From the IMG/VR virus record IMGVR_UViG_3300023184_003179, positions 1-64,000 of that record: a stretch of 64,000 nucleotides of DNA; one strand, given 5' to 3'. This document shows, one piece after another, positions 18,026 through 25,681 of the stretch. The notes under the pieces are model-generated. The model searched no databases. It was given only the letters and a program-made list of their open reading frames with translations, and was not told the origin of the DNA. Source of the stretch: a virus. Every line of letters starts with the position of its first letter. The first letter of the stretch is position 1. The translations under genes and the position numbers were made by a program.

Positions 18026-18109
18026 AGCCCTACACAGGCATTCCAGGCACGATAGCCAGGGAATATATAGAAAGGTAACTACTCCATCCCAAGGTCCTGT
18101 GTAGGGACT
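18026..18109 (-). ncRNA. Candidate structured small RNA (three-way junction)
   Basis: 11-bp perfect closing helix 18028-18038/18096-18106, two internal hairpins, TATAAT 6 nt upstream. Confidence 0.55.
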
Positions 18110-18121
18110 ATCTACATTATA

Positions 18122-18535
18122 CTACTTGATCTTAATAGACTTAGGCTTTTTTTCTTCTGGAACAATTCTATCAATATTAATTGTTAGCATGCCATCCCTA
18201 AGTTCAGCACCAGTTACTTCCATATATTCACCAAGAGCAAATGTACGTGTAAATTTACGAGCAGCAATTCCCTTATGAACAACTTCAGCATCTGTTACTT
18301 CTACAAGTTCTCCTTTAATGACAAGAGATCCATTGTCAATAGAAACATCAATGTCTTCTTTTGTAAATCCTGCAACAGCAAGAGATAGGCGATATGTATC
18401 TTCATCTAATTTAAGAAGATCATATGGAGGATATGATTGGTTGTTTGTTTTATATACGTTGTTTAACTGTGTTAGGTTTCTATTAAACCCAATAAAAAAA
18501 GGGTCATTAAAAATGGCCCATGGATCGTTCATCAT
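18122..18535 (-). CDS. Small heat-shock protein (Hsp20/IbpA-like)
   Basis: YPPYD, LAVAGF, HKGIAARKFTRTF.L, A.L.DGML.I, PEEKKP..I.I. Confidence 0.92.
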   Translation of the reverse strand: MMNDPWAIFNDPFFIGFNRNLTQLNNVYKTNNQSYPPYDLLKLDEDTYRLSLAVAGFTKEDIDVSIDNGSLVIKGELVEVTDAEVVHKGIAARKFTRTFALGEYMEVTGAELRDGMLTINIDRIVPEEKKPKSIKIK

Positions 18536-18601
18536 GTTATTCCCCTTTCAAGCGAATAAGTTAATGTACCCCCTTTTGGCAGGTACTTAATAATTATATC
18601 A
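18536..18601 (-). promoter_or_regulatory. TGATATAAT promoter plus two-hairpin 5' UTR, ROSE-like RNA thermometer
   Basis: GTACCTGCC-AAAA-GGGGGTAC hairpin, then TTATTCGCTT-GAA-AGGGGAATAA hairpin burying the SD opposite UCGCU. Confidence 0.6.
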
Positions 18602-18607
18602 TATAAA

Positions 18608-19306
18608 TTATAAAAGGTTTTCATTTATTTCTTTTAAAATATATTTTTTACCTTTAAAAATATTATAAAAACTATCCAAACTACCTAATTTTGACTGTGA
18701 ATTTGCAAGCAAATGTCCATCAATCATTTTTTGTAGTTTATCTGTCATTACAAATTGTTTAAAATTAATATTCTCTTTAGTGTGAAATCTTAGATAATAC
18801 ATTACATCTTGATTTTTGACAGAAAAAGTATTAAAGTCTTTTTTTAATATAAAAGATAGTTCTAAATTACGAAACCATTTTCCTATATCATATTTACCTG
18901 GCAAAATCATACATCTTTCAGTTATTGCATTTTCTTCAAATATTGGATGTTCGTATGCTGTCATCTCTAGACTTTTTTCATCGGTAAAAAAAATATACTT
19001 ATTAAGATAACTAAAAAATTTTTTTTCCATTGACCTAACTGAAACATGATCATCAAAAAATTTTTGATCATGCATTTCAGAAAAACAAGAATTATTTTCT
19101 ATAGTAAAAGAGTAATTATATAATGACTTTACAGCATATAAGTTTTTTAATGAACCATTAAAAGATGGACAATGATTTACTGCTAATGGAGTTCTATAGT
19201 CATCATCTTTTATTTTTTTTTCATAAAATCTTTTGCTTACTTTTTCTGGCTCTTCTGCTCTTATCCAATCATCTTCAAGACAAGACCAATATACTGTTAT
19301 TGCCAC
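18608..19306 (-). CDS. DUF6065-like (dUTPase-like fold) protein, diverged paralog
   Basis: HCPSF, ILPGKYDIGKWFRNL, DVMYYLRF; same layout as 20375..21061. Confidence 0.5.
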   Translation of the reverse strand: MAITVYWSCLEDDWIRAEEPEKVSKRFYEKKIKDDDYRTPLAVNHCPSFNGSLKNLYAVKSLYNYSFTIENNSCFSEMHDQKFFDDHVSVRSMEKKFFSYLNKYIFFTDEKSLEMTAYEHPIFEENAITERCMILPGKYDIGKWFRNLELSFILKKDFNTFSVKNQDVMYYLRFHTKENINFKQFVMTDKLQKMIDGHLLANSQSKLGSLDSFYNIFKGKKYILKEINENLL

Positions 19307-19339
19307 ACGACGCTCCTTTATCTATAGTTTTATAAAATC

Positions 19340-19411
19340 TAGCCCTACAGAGAATTGAACTCTGCTCACCAAGATGAAAGCCTGGTATCCTGACCACTAG
19401 ACGATAGGGCC
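19340..19411 (-). tRNA. tRNA-Glu(TTC)
   Basis: Acceptor GGCCCTA/TAGGGCT; anticodon arm CCAGG-CT-TTC-AT-CTTGG; T loop TTCAATT. Confidence 0.9.
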
Positions 19412-19412
19412 T

Positions 19413-19488
19413 TGGAGCGGAAGACGAGACTTGAACTCGCAACAATCTGCTTGGAAGGCAGAAACTCTACCAATTGAGTTACTTCCGC
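19413..19488 (-). tRNA. tRNA-Gly(TCC), CCA encoded
   Basis: GCGGAAG/CTTCCGC-T-CCA; anticodon arm TCTGC-CT-TCC-AA-GCAGA. Confidence 0.93.
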
Positions 19489-19497
19489 AACATTCTT

Positions 19498-20112
19498 TTA
19501 TGGCTTTACCCAAATTCCCAGAAGTTCTTTGAGTTTATTAATTTTTGCACTTAATAAACGAAGATTTCTAAAAGCAACTTCAATTGAAATTTCAGAAAAA
19601 GATTTTCTTTCATCAAAACTTAATGACTCATAACCATCAGTTGTTGTGACTGAAACTGTTGCTCCAACACTTGACTTTGGCTCAATTTCTTTTTCTACAT
19701 TCAATAAACTATTCCCAAGGGTATCTTCATATTTAAATGTATATGCGCTTCCATTAACTGTAGCAGTAGTAGCACTAATAATATTATTATTTTCATCATA
19801 TTCAATTTCTGAACGTGTAATAGGAATGTTTCTATTTACAGCAAAAGTTCCATCTTGAGAGTATGTTGCAGTTCCAGCACCATTCCAATAACCACCACGA
19901 TTTTCACCTGTAACTGGATCGGCAGCCACTTGAAGAACGACTTTCTGTCCACCAAAAGTTCCAGTTTCACACGCTGCACCACATATAATAATGTTTGTAA
20001 CATTGTTGTTTTCATCAAGTACAGCATATGTTGGATCTGCATTTGCAGTTGAAACATTTAGAATTAATAATCCTGAAACAACTAACGTAATAAACTTTAT
20101 TTTATTTTTCAT
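19498..20112 (-). CDS. Secreted protein (Sec signal peptide)
   Basis: MKNKIKFITLVVSGLLILNVSTANA|DP. Confidence 0.65.
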   Translation of the reverse strand: MKNKIKFITLVVSGLLILNVSTANADPTYAVLDENNNVTNIIICGAACETGTFGGQKVVLQVAADPVTGENRGGYWNGAGTATYSQDGTFAVNRNIPITRSEIEYDENNNIISATTATVNGSAYTFKYEDTLGNSLLNVEKEIEPKSSVGATVSVTTTDGYESLSFDERKSFSEISIEVAFRNLRLLSAKINKLKELLGIWVKP

Positions 20113-20114
20113 TA

Positions 20115-20330
20115 TTACTCCTTTATTTTAAATACAACTTGACATGGGTCTCCACCTGATTCCCACTCTTCTTGCTCTTCTTCTGTCATGTATGGATCTC
20201 CATCATGAGTATTGCAGAACGGCTCTGTTATCCATCCCCGCTCAATTCCATTTTCAAGCCAGATGTCAAACTCTTTATTTTCCGACTCTTTGCTTTGAAT
20301 ATTTTTTAATATTTCTTCAAATTCTTCCAT
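20115..20330 (-). CDS. Small acidic hypothetical protein
   Basis: FCNTHDG...GGDPC; leaderless start. Confidence 0.7.
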   Translation of the reverse strand: MEEFEEILKNIQSKESENKEFDIWLENGIERGWITEPFCNTHDGDPYMTEEEQEEWESGGDPCQVVFKIKE

Positions 20331-20336
20331 ACTATA

Positions 20337-20365
20337 AGTATATCCATTTCTACAATAATTGTCAA
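20337..20365 (-). promoter_or_regulatory. Sigma70/SigA-type promoter TTGACA-N17-TATACT, leaderless
   Basis: Near-consensus elements; -10 lies 6 nt from ATG 20330. Confidence 0.8.
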
Positions 20366-20374
20366 GTTTAAATT

Positions 20375-21061
20375 CTATAAATAAGATTTTGAACTTCTAA
20401 AAATTTTTTTATATCCACTATGAATCTTAGTTGTTAGGATATTTCCTATTTTTTGTGTTTCAAATGCAGTTCCTCTTGTTATTTCACATTTCCAGTCTTC
20501 TCTTTTAAATGGTATTATTTGCATCATTGGAGTTCCTTTTTGAATTATTCCAGAAAAATCTTTTTTTAATACAAATGGAGTATTTATATCTCCATGATAT
20601 GTATCAGAATCAACAATGCCACTATATGAATAAAATGGTAAATTTTTATATCCAAATGGGTGTGTAATTAGTGCAGAGTATCCTGGAGGAGTTTTAATAA
20701 TCCAATTAGTTAAATATTTAAAAATAGATTCTGAGTATCCCTCTGGGATTTCTAATCCATCTACTTTTCCTGCCAGGTGTTGTTCAGCAACTGGTCTGTA
20801 AGTAGCCCATGTTATAAGTGGATTATTTTTATTACTTACAACTTCTATATCAGCATGAAGTGGGATTATATATCCAGCGCTTAAAACATCTAAAACTGGC
20901 ATGCATCTTTTAAATGTAGAAAGAGTAAAATTTTCATTATTTGGATGTTCAAAACTTGATTTTGAGTTTTTCCACCAATCTGGAATTGATTTATTTGCTG
21001 GATATGGTTTTTCACAAAATTCAAAAGTCATTTCGTCTATAGATCTAAATTCTATAATCAT
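20375..21061 (-). CDS. DUF6065-like (dUTPase-like fold) protein
   Basis: IPDWWK, TFKRCMP..D, WIIKTPPGYS, GIVDSD, GTPMMQIIPFKRE. Confidence 0.65.
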   Translation of the reverse strand: MIIEFRSIDEMTFEFCEKPYPANKSIPDWWKNSKSSFEHPNNENFTLSTFKRCMPVLDVLSAGYIIPLHADIEVVSNKNNPLITWATYRPVAEQHLAGKVDGLEIPEGYSESIFKYLTNWIIKTPPGYSALITHPFGYKNLPFYSYSGIVDSDTYHGDINTPFVLKKDFSGIIQKGTPMMQIIPFKREDWKCEITRGTAFETQKIGNILTTKIHSGYKKIFRSSKSYL

Positions 21062-21076
21062 ATAATAAATATAGCC

Positions 21077-21601
21077 TTAAATGCTTACTACGTCAACTGG
21101 ACCCATGCAAGATGGATTAAATTTAATTGCTGCATTTACTGCAGATACAACCCTATTCCTTGCATTTTTTTGTTTATCTGTTGCATATAAAACTCCGTAT
21201 GCATACTCAGACCCAGAACCCATTGCTAAATAATCAATTGTATATTTAGATAAAGACATATCTACAGAACTATGCTCATATATTTGTCCACGAACAGCAA
21301 TAATTAAACCAAGATCGCCCTCTTTTGATGTATCAACCCAAAAATCATTATAAAATTCTCTAAGTTCTTTAATAAACTTAGTCTGCATAAACTTATCAGT
21401 ATCTTTAATATTTGGAGCAGTTGGCTTAAAATTATAACGAATTCTTTCTCCGTCCATTGACCCAGCATATCCAATTAAATATGGACCAATTTTCCAAACC
21501 TTTGGAGCATCAAGTGCTAAGATTGTTCCATCATCACTAGCCCCACGATCACCAGCCATATATATCTTATCTTCATGGCGAACTACAGCAATACAAGTCA
21601 T
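21077..21601 (-). CDS. Ntn-hydrolase, HslV/proteasome beta-subunit-like peptidase
   Basis: MTCI start (Thr nucleophile after Met removal), MAGD, PKV, GYAGS, AMGSGS. Confidence 0.8.
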   Translation of the reverse strand: MTCIAVVRHEDKIYMAGDRGASDDGTILALDAPKVWKIGPYLIGYAGSMDGERIRYNFKPTAPNIKDTDKFMQTKFIKELREFYNDFWVDTSKEGDLGLIIAVRGQIYEHSSVDMSLSKYTIDYLAMGSGSEYAYGVLYATDKQKNARNRVVSAVNAAIKFNPSCMGPVDVVSI

Positions 21602-21631
21602 CAGAATACCCCTCAAGAATGCGGTATATTT

Positions 21632-21660
21632 AGTATACCAGCAAAACTTTAAAAGGTCAA
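21632..21660 (-). promoter_or_regulatory. Promoter TTGACC-N17-TATACT with extended TG
   Basis: Consensus spacing upstream of the Ntn peptidase. Confidence 0.75.
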
Positions 21661-21665
21661 GCAGG

Positions 21666-22244
21666 CTATTTTATATTTTGACCGCAAGATGGGCAGGTTT
21701 TTGCTTTATTTTGAGATTTTTTAGCAGTATTTGCTGTGGCAGAGGCTCCAAATTTTGGACGACCAAACCCAACAATTGAGATTAATACTCCAGCCTTATT
21801 TTTCTTATAGGCACGTAGTTGCTTGCAAACCTCTCCGCCATTTCTTTGGCTTCCAGATTTCTTTGAAGATGTATTTCCTTCAATGCACCAAACGGTTCCG
21901 TCTTCATTATCTTTAACAACAATTCCTACGTGAGACACCCTATCAACGCCATCTGAAGGGAAATCAAAATAGGCTATATCTCCTGGCTCTGGATCTGCAA
22001 TGTCTATATCAATCCATGAGTTTGCTTTTTTAAATGCTGTTACTCCTGCTGGAGTATAGACTGTATTAGGAATTTTTACGCCAGCCTCATTACCGCACCA
22101 GTTTACGAAACTTCCGCACCATGGTTGAAAGTTAGCCTTTGTGTAAGCACCATACTTTGTTTCGTTATCTTTAGGACCTTCAATAGTCCCAATTTCTGCT
22201 GTAGCAACTTCAATTAAACGTGCTGCTGTGCCTTGTTCTGCCAT
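21666..22244 (-). CDS. CHAP-domain endolysin-like peptidoglycan hydrolase
   Basis: PWCGSFV, PGDI, SHVGIV, IEGNT; C-terminal CPSC. Confidence 0.85.
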   Translation of the reverse strand: MAEQGTAARLIEVATAEIGTIEGPKDNETKYGAYTKANFQPWCGSFVNWCGNEAGVKIPNTVYTPAGVTAFKKANSWIDIDIADPEPGDIAYFDFPSDGVDRVSHVGIVVKDNEDGTVWCIEGNTSSKKSGSQRNGGEVCKQLRAYKKNKAGVLISIVGFGRPKFGASATANTAKKSQNKAKTCPSCGQNIK

Positions 22245-22246
22245 TT

Positions 22247-22651
22247 TTATTTATCCCAATTAGTATCTACTGGTTGTTCTTCTGGCATTTGTCCATCTGG
22301 CTTTGCTGCCAAACGTGCTGCTGTTGCATCAATTTCTGATTCTAATTTTTTATCTGCTTGCATATTTTTAGCATCTGTTTCTTTATTTGCTATCTGTGCA
22401 GTCATTACATCTTTGGCACCATCTCTGCCAATCAAGATACCAGCAAGTGTTCCAGTAATAAATGTTGCCACAGATGACAAAACGTTGAAGAACATTTTAT
22501 CGTTTTCTGACACACTGCCAAGTGGTTGAGTTACAAAAACAAGGGCATATAAAATACCCATTGTTGTAAATAATAAAATTGCTCCTAATGTTAGTCCAAG
22601 AAAAAATTTTAATCTTGCTTCTAACTGTTCTGTAGTATATTTTTCTCTCAT
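22247..22651 (-). CDS. Two-TM membrane protein (holin candidate)
   Basis: Two hydrophobic helices; directly upstream of the endolysin. Confidence 0.55.
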   Translation of the reverse strand: MREKYTTEQLEARLKFFLGLTLGAILLFTTMGILYALVFVTQPLGSVSENDKMFFNVLSSVATFITGTLAGILIGRDGAKDVMTAQIANKETDAKNMQADKKLESEIDATAARLAAKPDGQMPEEQPVDTNWDK

Positions 22652-22845
22652 TTTATTGTTACCTCTCTTGGATCATAGCCATAAATATCATCTATGCATT
22701 CTCCATACCCCAAACAAGTTGGTGGGTTACATGACTCTTTATTCCAATTTTCTGGATCTTGACATGTATAACGATAATGATTAGCGCATCCAGTCAAAGA
22801 TAGGGCTAATAGTGATATAACTAGTAGGCTACGAAGGGTTTTCAT
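22648..22845 (-). CDS. Small Cys-rich lipoprotein
   Basis: Lipobox LTGC; four further Cys; TATAAT 7 nt upstream of ATG. Confidence 0.7.
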   Translation of the reverse strand: MKTLRSLLVISLLALSLTGCANHYRYTCQDPENWNKESCNPPTCLGYGECIDDIYGYDPREVTIK

Positions 22846-22866
22846 AACCTTTATTATACTATACTA

Positions 22867-23043
22867 TTACTCTTTGTCTTCACGAATGCCAATGGTCATA
22901 AACCATAAGGCAATTGATGCTAAAGTTACATATCCTACTACTGTCTTTGCACTACCCTCTAAAACTACCCACGCTACAAAGAAGCCTAGAAATGTAAAGT
23001 TTTCACTCAGAATCGCCATGATTCTCTTCTTTAACCAGTTCAT
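22867..23043 (-). CDS. 58-aa two-TM protein (not in ORF track)
   Basis: MNWLKKRIMAILSENFTFLGFFVAWVVLEGSAKTVVGYVTLASIALWFMTIGIREDKE; TAATG-coupled to the 838-aa gene. Confidence 0.65.
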   Translation of the reverse strand: MNWLKKRIMAILSENFTFLGFFVAWVVLEGSAKTVVGYVTLASIALWFMTIGIREDKE

Positions 23044-25559
23044 TATCTTCTCCTTATCATTGCACTACCAACTATGACCTGTCCAACTAGCACTGCTGCT
23101 ACAAGGACTTCTTTAGCCTTTTGTCTTTCTTGTGGAGACATATCAGCACCAATACTTACTAATGCTAAGAATACCTCACATTTTTGTTCTTCTGTTAAGC
23201 CTTCAATAGCCTCATCTGGATTAAAACATCCAGCGATTGCTCCTACCAAAGCAGCAGGAGATTCAAGGGTAAGAAGGGCTGATGCTACCTCTGCTGTAAT
23301 AACAACAGGATTTCCATTTAAATCTTCTCTAACTTCTACTGGAATTTGTGGTGGAAGATCACGATATTCAAGTCCCGCTGCTTCTATATTTGCTGCAGTA
23401 ACTGGCTCACCATCTGCTGATGCAATCAAAACTTCTGCAACCAAATCTTTTTCTGCTAGGGTAAATGTTCCATCTGCAGTCAATGCATCTGATAAATTAT
23501 TTACTTCTGCATTTGTAATTTGTCCATCAGCGTTGAGTGCGTCTACAATTAATGCTGATTCGTTAGCACTTAAAGTTCCATCTGATATTAATTGATCAGT
23601 TAATGTATTTATTTCAGATGATGTTATTTCTCCATCAGACATAAGAGCATTTAATACCACTTCAGCATCTGCTGCTGTTAAATTTCCATCTGCAACTAAA
23701 TTTTCTACTACTGAAATTATTTCTTCAACGGTTAATGGTGCTTCTTCTTCTGGAGCAAAAGGCTCATCTAGAGGTGGTTCTTCAGCAGGTGGTTCCTCAA
23801 CAGGTTGTTCTTCTACGGGTGGCTCTTCTACTGGAGGCTCTTCCACTACAGGTTCTTCTATAGGAGGTTCTTCAGCAGGTGGTTCAACGGCAGGAGGTTC
23901 TGACACTCCTCCACCATTTAAGTTTGCACTTTGTGTTGCAGGTATAGAAATAACAGTTTCAGTATAACTACTTACAGGTCCAGACCAGTTAGCAACTCTA
24001 ATAGTATATGTAGCACCTTCTGTTAAACCAGTTAATTGAATAGAACTTGGAGCACCATCTGTATTTAATGTTTGTCCAGCATAGGGATTTTCTGCTGTTG
24101 GATCATTAGCAATAACCTGATAAAACCATGTATTAGGAATAAATCCAACTGGCAGTTCTGGTGTAATGATAACTGTTGTTCCTTCAATAATAGGCTCTGC
24201 AAGTATTGGAGCAGGTGTTGGAATATTATTATTAATAGTATTAGTTAGTATTATGGCTCTTGCATCTAATGTTGTTTGTAAAGTGTTTTTTGTTGATATA
24301 GCAGAGTTAACTGTATTATTCAATGATGTTATATTAATAGCATTTAATGCAGAAGTATTTGATGCATTTTGTGCAACAACTGGAGAAAGACTTTGATTAA
24401 GTTGAGTAATTGTTGCATTTGCTGCATCTACTGCTGCTTGAACAGTTGATGTATTTAGATCTACATATGGAGTAAATAATGCACCTTGACTTATTTGTCC
24501 AGCAAAACCTGATCCAAGGTTTGTATCTATAATATTAGTTACTGCACCACCAGTTGTTTGTCTATAATTAAATCTAGCACCATTTGGAATTGGACCAGTA
24601 GCGGTAACATCTGCCATCCATGCCCCATCAATTGGATTTACATCAGCATTAAATCTAACTTGAACCATCTGTGTAGAAGCATCTCGTTGTGGATAAGGAC
24701 GAAGATCCCAAGCAATATCTAAACTTGTTCCAGTAGTTGCATAAGTAATTCCTGTTCCTGTACTCCAGGTTGTCCAATCCCATCCAGCAATAGAAATTGA
24801 TGGAGCATTAGGTGTTGAATAATAGTTTGATCCTTCATTTACACCAAATGTTATTGTTGCATTTGATCCTACATAAATATTATTATATAAAGTCTGTCCC
24901 ATCAATAGATTAAATGGCAAGTTCATTCTAACTCCAGCATCATCCACATTGGCCAAAACATTTGTGCTGGTTCCAATTGTTGCCTGTAATGCATTTACAG
25001 CATTTTGAGCATTGTCAATTGCTATGTTTGCTTGGGTTAGTTCTGTTTGTGCAGTTGCTTGAGCAGTAACTGCTTCTGATTTTGCTGTAGTTACTTGAGA
25101 TATTTCTGTCTGTGCTGCAGTTGTATTAATATTATTAATGGCAGTTTGGGCAGTTGTTATAGTTGTTTTAGCATCTTGAATAATTTCAGAACTTTGATCT
25201 ATTGGATTAACTGTTAAATCAATAGCATTAACTGTATTGATAGCATTTTGAACATTATTTACACTTGTTTGTGCTGTAGAAATTGTAGGTGCTATTTGAG
25301 ATACCGCTGTTTGAGCCTGTGATAGTTCTGTTTGTGCCTGAACTACTTCAGTAGTTACAGTTGTAGTTGCATCTATAGCCTGCTGAACCTCTGTAGTGGC
25401 TGTTCCAAGTGCTGTATTGACTGCTTGTTGAGCAGGACTTACAACAACCTGAACAACTTCATCAATAGCGTGAGCACGATCAGGTGCCATAATTCCAAAA
25501 ATTGTTATGCATAGCCCTACCCCAAAGCCTATTAATAGTTTACGCTTTAGGTTTTTCAA
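23043..25559 (-). CDS. Large membrane-anchored surface protein (signal peptide, coiled coil, NIDO-like head, FN3, Pro/Glu linker, DG repeats, C-terminal TM)
   Basis: AHA| signal; DD..MNLPF..IYVGSNATITF; LTGLTEGATYTIRV; hydrophobic C-terminus ending RRR. Confidence 0.7.
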   Translation of the reverse strand: MKNLKRKLLIGFGVGLCITIFGIMAPDRAHAIDEVVQVVVSPAQQAVNTALGTATTEVQQAIDATTTVTTEVVQAQTELSQAQTAVSQIAPTISTAQTSVNNVQNAINTVNAIDLTVNPIDQSSEIIQDAKTTITTAQTAINNINTTAAQTEISQVTTAKSEAVTAQATAQTELTQANIAIDNAQNAVNALQATIGTSTNVLANVDDAGVRMNLPFNLLMGQTLYNNIYVGSNATITFGVNEGSNYYSTPNAPSISIAGWDWTTWSTGTGITYATTGTSLDIAWDLRPYPQRDASTQMVQVRFNADVNPIDGAWMADVTATGPIPNGARFNYRQTTGGAVTNIIDTNLGSGFAGQISQGALFTPYVDLNTSTVQAAVDAANATITQLNQSLSPVVAQNASNTSALNAINITSLNNTVNSAISTKNTLQTTLDARAIILTNTINNNIPTPAPILAEPIIEGTTVIITPELPVGFIPNTWFYQVIANDPTAENPYAGQTLNTDGAPSSIQLTGLTEGATYTIRVANWSGPVSSYTETVISIPATQSANLNGGGVSEPPAVEPPAEEPPIEEPVVEEPPVEEPPVEEQPVEEPPAEEPPLDEPFAPEEEAPLTVEEIISVVENLVADGNLTAADAEVVLNALMSDGEITSSEINTLTDQLISDGTLSANESALIVDALNADGQITNAEVNNLSDALTADGTFTLAEKDLVAEVLIASADGEPVTAANIEAAGLEYRDLPPQIPVEVREDLNGNPVVITAEVASALLTLESPAALVGAIAGCFNPDEAIEGLTEEQKCEVFLALVSIGADMSPQERQKAKEVLVAAVLVGQVIVGSAMIRRR
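23385..23700 (-). repeat. About six ~18-aa EF-hand-like repeats (L.[AS]DG.[ILF][TS]..E)
   Basis: ADGNLT, SDGEIT, SDGTLS, ADGQIT, ADGTFT, ADGEPVT; boundaries approximate. Confidence 0.6.
23761..23903 (-). repeat. 15-nt/5-aa tandem repeat (EEPPV-like), about 9 units
   Basis: SEPPAVEPPAEEPPIEEPVVEEPPVEEPPVEEQPVEEPPAEEPPLDEP. Confidence 0.85.
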
Positions 25560-25636
25560 TTTGGGGGCTAACTCCTATGTTTAACTATATGGTTAATTAT
25601 ATCATTTTTTATTTAATTAAACAACAAAAGTGCAAT

Positions 25637-25667
25637 AAAAAAGAGGGCAGAAATTAATCTGCCCCCT
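25637..25667 (-). terminator. Intrinsic terminator
   Basis: GGGGCAGA-TTAATT-TCTGCCCT hairpin followed by a T tract. Confidence 0.8.
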
Positions 25668-25681
25668 AATTTATTAAGAAT

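Noticed and set aside
18026-18109. Known self-cleaving ribozyme, tRNA or simple terminator
   Set aside because: No hammerhead CTGATGA/GAAA core, no HDV-type nested pseudoknot found by eye, no cloverleaf, no U tract; kept as an unknown RNA
23074-23595. 173-aa plus-strand ORF
   Set aside because: Antisense shadow of the Ala/Glu/Asp-rich surface protein; no SD or recognisable motifs
23761-23903. Possible CRISPR-like or regulatory DNA repeat
   Set aside because: Degenerate 15-nt units vary at synonymous positions and encode a Pro/Glu linker; no spacers
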